Positions 55,465 through 64,000 of a DNA stretch of 64,000 nucleotides are shown here, piece by piece (position 1 is the stretch's first letter; each line of letters starts with the position of its first letter). The notes under the pieces were generated by a model that was given only the letters and a program-made list of their open reading frames with translations, was not told where the DNA came from and did not search any database. Origin of the DNA: Octopus vulgaris (lineage: Eukaryota); NCBI GenBank assembly GCA_951406725.2, contig OX597835.1:4154001-4218000 (forward strand), given 5' to 3'. The position numbers and the translations under genes were made by a program.

Positions 55465-55570
55465 AATACTTTTTTGTTGATGTTGAAATTCCAATGAAGG
55501 AGCCTTGGATCTAGGTTAGAAACCGGTTCTTTCCCTATTGGTAAGAAATCTTGAAATAAAACTGAACAAT
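55465..55570 (+). mobile_element. Possible Penelope-like terminal fragment
   Basis: TGAAGGAGCCT-TGGATCT-AGGTT-AGAAACCGGTTC: stem-loop plus GAAA plus palindromic ACCGGT, between microsatellites; the core is non-canonical. Confidence 0.3.
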
Positions 55571-55589
55571 GAGACACATATACATAATA

Positions 55590-55640
<51 letters not shown>

Positions 55641-56589
55641 ACACACACACACTCATGGTAAAGTCTATTTGCCAACGTAAGGTGGCAGTTCTGCTTAGGA
55701 CGTTTTTACTACTGTTTATCCCCAGGAAAACCTCTTTTCCAGCTGGCTACCGACACATCATCTGTGTTCGTATACTGTGAGTGCAAGGAGGTTAATGCTC
55801 CCCGTCCAGCATTAATGGTACCTACAGACCAATGGTGTCTGGGTAATTCACCTTTCCGCTCAGAGATTTTTAAACAATTGTGTGTGTGTGTGTTTGTGTG
55901 TGTGTTTGTGTGCGTGTATCATTCAACTACGGTAGTAATTGAATGATATTCTTAAGCCTCAGCTTCAGAGCATTGTCGCTAATTCAGTTCTTAACCAAAT
56001 GGGAAATTGTTCACATTTTTGAAGAGGACTGATCCCTAGCTACATTTTGGCATAAAAAAATAGAGATTTGGTCCAGTAGAAAAAAGTTTACATCAAAATT
56101 TGTAACAACATTATAGGAGAGTAAGTAACACCTCCAATGAAGTTTAGGTCTAAATAACTTTTTCATTTTAAAAGCAAAATATATTTACTTTAACTTCAAT
56201 GATAGAAGAAAGCGTCAAGAATTTCATAGTTTTAGTCCCATGCAGCAAAAACTTTGTATCAAAACTTTGTATCAAAACTTTGTATCAAAAAAATTGTGAG
56301 GTAAAATATATTGAAAAACAAAATAAGTAAGGCAAAAAATTGGATTTATGCATAATTAAATTTTTTATTTAAAAAACAAACAATATTTTAATTAAGTCTA
56401 AATGATAGACTTCAATTCGAGGAATTTCATGGTACAAATCACATGTAATGAAATTTTAAAAGAAAAAAGTTATGAGCGTTTGTTTCCCAAATTTGAGGGT
56501 GATAATACTTTTTTGAGAGTTCTATATTTTTTATTAATATATTTCTAGGGGACTTTTAATATATGTCATCGGCATCAAGACTTGCAGAT

Positions 56590-57354
56590 GCGTTAGCACG
56601 TCGGGCGAAATGCTTAGCGGTATTTCGTCTGCCGTTACGTTGTGAGTTCAAATTACGCCGAGGTCGACTTTGCCTTTCATCCTTTCGGGGTCGATAAATT
56701 AAGTACCAGATGAATACTGGGGTCGATGCAATCGACTTAATCCGTTTGTCTGTCCTTGTTTGTCCTCTCTGTGTTTAGCCCCTTGTGGGTAGTAAAGAAA
56801 TAGGTATTTCGTCTGCCGTTACGTTTTGCGTTCAAATTCCGCCGAGGTCGACTTTGCCTTTCATCCTTTCGGGGTCGATAAATTAAGTACCAGTTACGCA
56901 CTGGGGTCGATGTAATCGACTTAATCCCTTTGTCTGTACTTGTTTGTCCTCTCTGTGTTTAGCCCCTTGTGGGTAGTAAAGAAATAGGTATTTCGTCTGC
57001 CGTTACGTTTTGCGTTCAAATTCCGCCGAGGTCGACTTTGCCTTTCATCCTTTCGGGGTCGATAAATTAAGTACCAGTTACGCACTGGGGTCGATATAAT
57101 CGACTTAATCCCTTTGTCTGTACTTGCTTGTCCTCTCTGTGTTTAGCCCCTTGTGGGTATTAAAGAAATAGGTATTTCGTCTGCCGTTACGTTTTGCGTT
57201 CAAATTCCGCCGAGGTCGACTTTGCCTTTCATCCTTTCGGGGTCGATAAATTAAGTACCAGTTACGCACTGGGGTCGATGCAATCGACTTAATCCGTTTG
57301 TCTGTCCTTGTTTGCCCTCTCTGTGTTTAGCCCCTTGTGGGTAGTAAAGAAATA
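56590..57354 (+). mobile_element. SINE A, partial head plus 4 tandem 184-bp units
   Basis: Units start at 56620, 56804, 56988 and 57172. Confidence 0.92.
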
Positions 57355-57408
57355 TATAAATCTGGAAAAGTACATGACTGAATGACTGAAACAAGTAAAA
57401 AATTAAAA

Positions 57409-57477
<69 letters not shown>

Positions 57478-58555
57478 TACATATGTACATAATCTCATTG
57501 TATTGTATCATGTGGATCTTACTTCCACTCGTATAGTAACTAGGCTTCCTTACTCTCATTTCTGTGTCCATAGTAGGGGATGCTGGGATACTATTGGGAA
57601 CGAGGGCTCTTTAACACAGAGATGTCAAAATAGTGCACGTCCGGTCACATGTCTCTCCGTGTCATTTCCGTACTCACAACTCTCGCGTAGTTTCCTATGT
57701 GACAGCGAGTGAAGTTTCACTATCAACATCTTTGCTTGCGACCCTTGTGCCTGTGCCTCCCCATATTCTGCAGATCCATTATGTGGGAAGGTGTGTAGCG
57801 CGCCAGATTCGTTTGTTACCTGGTCTCATCAACTGTTTTTAAAGACAAATCATAGACTTTTACCCCAATCAATGTCATATATGTATCCGGGCTCTTCCGA
57901 AGTGAGCCCCTGAGGGCATACAAAATTCCCATTCAAGTTTGGAGAGAGTTACATCACATTTCTCCTCGTCCTTTTTCTTAGTGAAATTCACAGGTAGAGA
58001 GGTACTGCAATATATGTTTTAGAATTTTTCCTTACATGACCGATGTGCACCTTTCCCTCGCAAAGCCGCTGTTTATATCCGGCCTTGTTATTAAAACTTT
58101 CTCTTTGGTAATTTTGTAGTCAGAGAAATAGAAACATCGTGTGTTTACAAAAAGTGTCCGCTTGTGGAATTGTCTTTTCTTCTCCGAGTATATCTTCTAC
58201 GATAAAGTAAAGAGATGGATATTGAAACACTTCGAAGTCCCTTGCTAAAATAGCTGAGCCAAAAAAACCCCAAAAAAACTAGCTTTCCATCAAATTAAAT
58301 GTGATAAAATCAAATCTTCCACCAAGTTCTGACAGACCAACAACATCAACAACAACATCAACAGAACACTTACGAATGCATAAATCATTTTCCTGATGTA
58401 TTTTCAGACATTCTATAAATGAAAAAAACACGAAAGTACTTTTTTCACGTCACATTATATATTTTCTCAACGCAAATCTACACAGACCTCAGACGACACT
58501 GTCTATATAGGCACGCTGATATGTTGATGCATGCGTGCGTGTGTGTGCGTGTGTG

Positions 58556-58596
<41 letters not shown>

Positions 58597-58867
58597 AGCA
58601 GATATATATATATACATATATATGTATATACACACATGCATATATGTTAATGTGATAAATTTGTATGTACACGCGCACACACATGAGTGCACATATATTT
58701 ATATAAACGTATGTGTATAAATATGTGTATACACACACACACACACACACGTATGTAAACGTGCATGCATTTATGTTTGAGGGAGAGCGTAAGGACCATT
58801 ATACCCGTATATGCACACACACACGCATCCACACATACACATTTCCGTGTGCATATACGTGTGTATG

Positions 58868-58920
<53 letters not shown>

Positions 58921-58941
58921 ACTCCTGACAAAAAATTTTTT

Positions 58942-59320
58942 GTAGGCGCAAGCATGGCTGTGTGGGAAGAAGCTTGCTTACCAACCACATGGTCTCGGGT
59001 TCAGTCTCACTGCGTGGCACCTTGGGCAAGTATCTTCTACTATAGCCTTGGGCTGACCAAAGCCTTGTGAGTAGATTTGGTAGACGGAAACTGAAAGAAG
59101 CCCGTCGTATACACACACACACATATGTATATATGTATATATTTGTGTGTCTGTGTTTTTGCTCCCACCATCACTTGATAACCGGTTCGGCAAAACAGAC
59201 AAAAGGAATAAGTACTATGCTTACAAAGAATAAATCCTGGGGTCGATTCTTATCGTCTTTATATATAAAGGCGCTGCTCCAGTATGGCCGCAGTCAGATG
59301 ACTGAAACAAGTAAAAGAAT
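58942..59320 (+). mobile_element. SINE B
   Basis: Head, internal microsatellite and tail, with an internal deletion. Confidence 0.88.
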
Positions 59321-59419
59321 ATGAGGTTTCAAATAATGTTGTAGCACAACCAACGGAGGTGCCCCAGCATGACCGTAACATTTAAGCTGAAACACTTAAA
59401 ATAATAAAAGAATATACAT

Positions 59420-59522
59420 CGCTAGCCACTACACATTCTTTATTTTCTCTCCTTGTTTCTTTCTGTGTCCCTTTCTGTGGAAAAGCGTAGGCTCGAAACG
59501 TTAAAGACTTTTTCGCTTCCCG
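59420..59522 (+). mobile_element. Penelope-like terminal fragment with a degenerate hammerhead core
   Basis: CTGTGGA-AAAGC-GTAG-GCTC-GAAACGTT; same family as 40870-40920. Confidence 0.4.
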
Positions 59523-59900
59523 AAAAGTAGATCCGCTATGGTCTTACCACTAAGAAAGGAATGTTATCAAGAAAATTTTAGCAAACGCCTGAACGTAAGC
59601 GAGCAAGACAAATGAAAATAAACAAAATATAGATTAATCACAAACTAATTTCGCTAATACCACTTACTTAATTGTCCGTAGCTCGTCAGTGTGATCGTCT
59701 TTGCAAATATACTTTACAAAACTATACACGAGACGTCCGCATAAGATTGAACATGTATACAGTTCTACCAATTACACTTGGAGTTATCTTTCAAAAGTTT
59801 TCGTTTTGGCGCGCTAGAATAATTCTGCAGAAAATAAATTTCTGCAGTGAATTTTGCCGGTTAGAGTGTGAGAGTGTGTACGCATACATACATGTACATA

Positions 59901-60578
59901 CAGAGGTTGGACAAAATAGTGTAAACACTTTAATATTTCAAGCAAATTTATTTTAACATTGGGTAGGAAAACCTTTGGCTGTAATTACAGCATGAATTCT
60001 ACGAGGTACGGATTCATACAAAGCTTGAATTGCTTCCAAAGGAATTTTTGTCTATTCTTCAGCTAAAACTATCTCCAGTTCTTGTAGTGATGATGGTGGA
60101 GGATATCGACTCCTTGTTTTTTCTAAAATGCACCATAAATGTTCAATAGTATTGAGATCTAGGGACTGTAGTGGCCAGATAAGATATTCAACTTCACTAA
60201 AATGTTCCTCGTGCCATTCAGTAATAACTTTAGTTGTGTGAATTGGTGCATTATCATCCTGAAAGATTGCGTTTCCCTTTGGAAACAGTTCCGCAACCAT
60301 AGAATGAATCTGATCCGATAAAATGCTTAAATAGTCTTGACTATTAATTCTGCTATGAAGGGAAACAACAGGGCCTGCGGATTTCCAAGATACAGCTCTC
60401 CCAGATCATCACAGATCCTCCTCCATGTTTAACAGTTGGAAGAAGGGAATCTTGGTCATATGCGTCTTTTGGCTGTCTCTACACGTATACTCAGCCAGTG
60501 GTTGGAAATAGAGTAAAGAATGACTCGTCCCAGAAAATAACATTCTTCCACTGCTCTAGGGACCAATTTTGTAGGTTT
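59901..60578 (-). mobile_element. Tc1-superfamily transposon remnant (DD36E), 3' half with TIR
   Basis: Minus strand: WKNVIFWDES, PTVKHGGGSVMIW, FQDDNAPIH, WPLQSLDLNTIEHLW, PRRIHAVITAKG; several stops. TA followed by CAGAGGTTGGACAAAA at 59899-59916. Confidence 0.92.
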
Positions 60579-60905
60579 TTTGGGGAAGTTTCAATATTAA
60601 TTATTTCGTGTCTCTCAGTTCTGAATTTTAGACGATTGAGATCATTAAAACAATGGTTGCCAATATTTGGAGAATATTTTAATTAAAAGAGAATTAGCGT
60701 ATAAAAGAGTGAGGAAGTAAATATTTGCGACCAGCAAGGTTTTCCGTCAGCCAATTGCAAAGTCATTTTTTCCTTCAAATATTCCGTCCATCTTCATTCT
60801 ACAGAAGTTTCCCTGGTTCTGTTCATGAAAATCGCCCACAAATCGTTAACGAGAAACTTCAGGTTAAGATTTTGGGAAGGAAGCGAAAAAGAGAAGCAGT
60901 AGAAT

Positions 60906-60945
<40 letters not shown>

Positions 60946-61082
60946 GAAGAAAGGAAGAGAGGAGGAGGGAGTAAGATTGTGTGGTGGAGAGGGAATGGGA
61001 GGAAGGGAGGGAGTTGAGAGTAAGTGGATGTAGTGGTATGTTCTGTGTAACAATGAACAATAGTAACTAGTGTGAGATGTAG

Positions 61083-61770
61083 GGTTAGGGTGGAGGCAGA
61101 AGGAGGAGGAGGAAGAGGAGAAGACGAAGAAGAAGAGGAAGAGAGGGAAGAGGAAGAAGAAGAAGGTGACACGATAATTGGAAGAAACAATAAAAGGCAA
61201 AACAAAGTAAAAGCTAAAAGAAAGAGAGATTAAACCGTGTAAGAGAAAGACAGAGATGGTAATAAGAGAGAGAGAGAAAAGAAGGAAAGGACGAAAGGAA
61301 GGAGGAAGAGGAGGAGGAGGACGAAGAGGAGGCAGAAAGAAGAAGAAGAAGAAGAAGAAGAAGAAGAAGAAGAAGAAGAAGGAGAAGAAGAGAAGAAGAA
61401 GAAGAAGAAGAAGTAAAAGAAGAAAAAGAAGAAGAAGGAGAAGAAGAAAAATAAGGAGAAGAAAAAGAAGAAGAAAAAAGAAGAAGAAGAAGGAAAAGAA
61501 AGGAAAGAAGAGGAAGAATATGGTGAGGGTGATGAAAAATGTGGAAATATGAGGAAATGGAAGCTAACGAGAGAAGACCAAGAAAAGATAATATCAAGGA
61601 AGGAAAGAGTAAGTGAAGAAGTTTTGTTAATGGTTGAAGAAATTAAGATAGATGCCATAGAGGTAGGAAGGAGAGACGGAGGAGGAGGAAGAAGAAGAAG
61701 AAGAGAAGTAGGGGTGGAGGAGGTGGAGTATGAAAAGCAGTAAGAACAGGAGTAGGAGGAGAAAGAAGAG
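61083..61770 (+). repeat. Purine-rich (GAA/GGA) low-complexity tract
   Basis: Directly visible. Confidence 0.9.
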
Positions 61771-62096
61771 AAACGTTGATGGTTAACTCGTGGTTGTACG
61801 GCTGCCATCCATTCAGAGATACAATGAGTTTCATTGATAATATTTCATGAATGAACCAAGTTCAACGGTAACTAATACTACGTACACACACACCTTCGAA
61901 TTGGACCAACAATCCATAACATGTCATGTTGTTTTGACTTTCTGTCTCTTTACTAAGAAGGATAACTGCTGTCGTTTGGGAGTGAATGAAGCCTGTTGTT
62001 CTGAAGTCATTATCTGTCAACCGAGCGATCCGTTCGGATGGTGTCGATAACTTGTGGCTAGCCTTGCTATTGTTCGACGAATATGATATACGAACG

Positions 62097-62177
<81 letters not shown>

Positions 62178-62286
62178 GCACACACACACGGACGCACACA
62201 CACACACACGCGCACACATACACACATACACACACACACACACACACACGCACACACACACACACATACAGGTATTGTTGATGGAA

Positions 62287-62550
62287 GTGGAGGCGCGTGG
62301 CTTAGTGGTTAGGGTGTCAGCATCATGATCGTAAGATTGTGGTTTCGATTCCTGGACCGGGCGACGCGTTGTGTTCTTGAGCAAAACACTTCATTTCACG
62401 TTGCTCCAGTCCACTCAGCTGGCAAAAATGAGTAACGCTGCGATGGACTGGCGTCCCGTCCAGCTGGTAAAAACATACGTCATAGAAACTGGGAAACCGG
62501 GCTCATGAGCCTGGCCAGCCTTTAAAAGGGCGCATTTATTTTTATTATTA
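62287..62550 (+). mobile_element. tRNA-derived SINE family D with tail T1, 11-bp TSD
   Basis: GTGGAGGCGCGTGGCTTAGTGGTTAGG..GGTTTCGATTCC; TGTTGATGGAA at 62276-62286 and 62551-62561. Confidence 0.9.
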
Positions 62551-62651
62551 TGTTGATGGAAACACGGCTCAGTGATTTGAGCACCGGGTTTACAACCCGT
62601 GAAGTTGCGAGTTCGATTCCCGGATCGGGCTGTGTGTTGCGTCCTTGACTA

Positions 62652-63042
62652 GCGCAGGCGTCGCTGTGTGGTAAAAAGCTTGCTTTCCAACAACATGGAT
62701 TCGGGTTCAGTCTCAGTACGTGGCACCTTGAATAAGTGTCTTCTACTATAGCCTTGGGCCGACCAGAGACTTGGCAGGGAATTTAGTCGACGGAAACTGA
62801 AAGAAGACTGTCGTAAATATGTATGTATTTATATATATATATGTGTGTGTGTGTATGTTTGTTCCCCCAACTTCGCTTGACAACCGGTGCTGGTGTGTTT
62901 ATGTCCCTGTATCTTAGCGGTTCGGGTAAAGAGACCGATAGAATAAATACTAGGCTTCCAAAGAATAAGTCCTGGGGTCGATTTGCTCGACTAAAGGCGG
63001 TGCTCCAGCATGGCCACAATTAAAAGAGTAAAAAGTAAGAGT
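62652..63042 (+). mobile_element. SINE B
   Basis: Head, internal microsatellite, tail AAAAGAGTAAAAAGTAAGAG. Confidence 0.88.
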
Positions 63043-63300
63043 ATATATTTCGGTACTATGACCCCCTTCTTCAGCCTGTAGAAATGTCCCTCGACTTTTC
63101 TACAAGATCCTGAAGAAGGGGTCATAACCCCGAAATATAGAAACGTAAGGCAATAGTCCGAGTTTGTTTTGCTTTGTGTTTGTTGTATCTTTTACGTCTT
63201 CTCGCCTTGTTCTGGCTTTGCTCAACGAGTCTCCTTTTATATTTTATTGGCTATCAATGACCGTTGCTATGGAGAATCAATAATAAAACCTGTGTTGTTC
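63043..63300. mobile_element. Penelope-like terminus with inverted duplication and two hammerhead-like cores
   Basis: CTGAAGA-AGGGG-TCATAA-CCCC-GAAA at 63110-63135 (+) and its inverted copy at about 63048-63074 (-). Confidence 0.6.
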
Positions 63301-63956
63301 TAGTGTTCCCTTCTGTGTCAAAATAAACTCCAGTTACTGCGGTTGGAGGGGGGTGGGGTCAATAACTGGGACTATCGCCCTTCCTATTGTTTCGACGGAA
63401 TATCAGACATATTGTTTTATATATTCATTGAGGTATGTGGTTGTGTGTATACACTCAGATATACACCCACATACATACATACATACATACATACATACAT
63501 ACATACATACACACACACACATACATACATACGTACATACATACATACGTACATACATACATACACACACATACATACATACATACATACATACATACAT
63601 ACATACATACATACATACATACATACATGCACACATACATACATATGGATATATATATATACACATATGGATATTTATATATATATATATATGTGTTGTG
63701 CGTGTATATACACACACTCACATACGCGAGTATGTGTGTGTGTGTCTGCGTGTGTGCGTGCTAAATTGTTGTCAAGAGGCCCATGGTGAGGGCAGTTTAA
63801 TCTAGTCTATTATGTAGACATGCATAAACACACATCCACGCACTTATGTACACATATATACATATATATGTGTGTATGTATATACAGACATACACGAGTG
63901 ATTTAGTATGTGAACATATAGACACATATTTGTATGGCTGTATTTGTGTATATATG

Positions 63957-64000
<44 letters not shown>

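Noticed and set aside
55990-56526. AT-rich block with a 13-bp triplication (AAAACTTTGTATC) and a TIR-like right end
   Set aside because: Probably a DNA-transposon remnant, but no matching left TIR or coding evidence was found.
56620-57354. CRISPR-like or satellite reading of the 184-bp arrays
   Set aside because: There are no unique spacers; the units are SINE bodies also found as dispersed monomers with TSDs.
60636-60657. TGAGATCATT resembling the bantam miRNA 5' end
   Set aside because: Only 10 nt match, and pairing with the upstream arm is poor.
62287-62365. tRNA genes at SINE heads
   Set aside because: A/B boxes are present, but each continues into a SINE body with TSDs and lacks a clean acceptor stem.

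Overview
This is AT-rich, microsatellite-saturated animal genomic DNA with no recognisable host protein-coding exon; almost all ORFs in the supplied track are translated simple repeats. The SINE repertoire resembles what I recall from Octopus (coleoid cephalopod), which is an inference. Contents: (i) four tRNA-derived SINE families, called A-D here, about 35 copies, many with 10-18 bp target-site duplications (TSDs); (ii) a 5'-truncated, frameshifted R4/Dong-clade LINE (RT + CCHC + restriction-like endonuclease, RLE) at 17673-20266, plus four more R4/Dong fragments, all on the + strand and mostly beside (AAT)n tracts; (iii) a Hero-clade LINE remnant; (iv) a DD36E Tc1-type transposase remnant with one TIR; (v) Penelope-like terminal fragments carrying hammerhead-like cores; (vi) several long fold-back palindromes. 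The most unusual signals are SINE-A multimers with an exact 184-bp period and an invariant self-complementary junction at six loci, snap-back palindromic inserts (one with a clean 14-bp TSD, one with two inverted hammerhead cores), and head/tail module swapping between SINE families. Family assignments come from motif recall, not database searches, and boundaries of degenerate copies are approximate.
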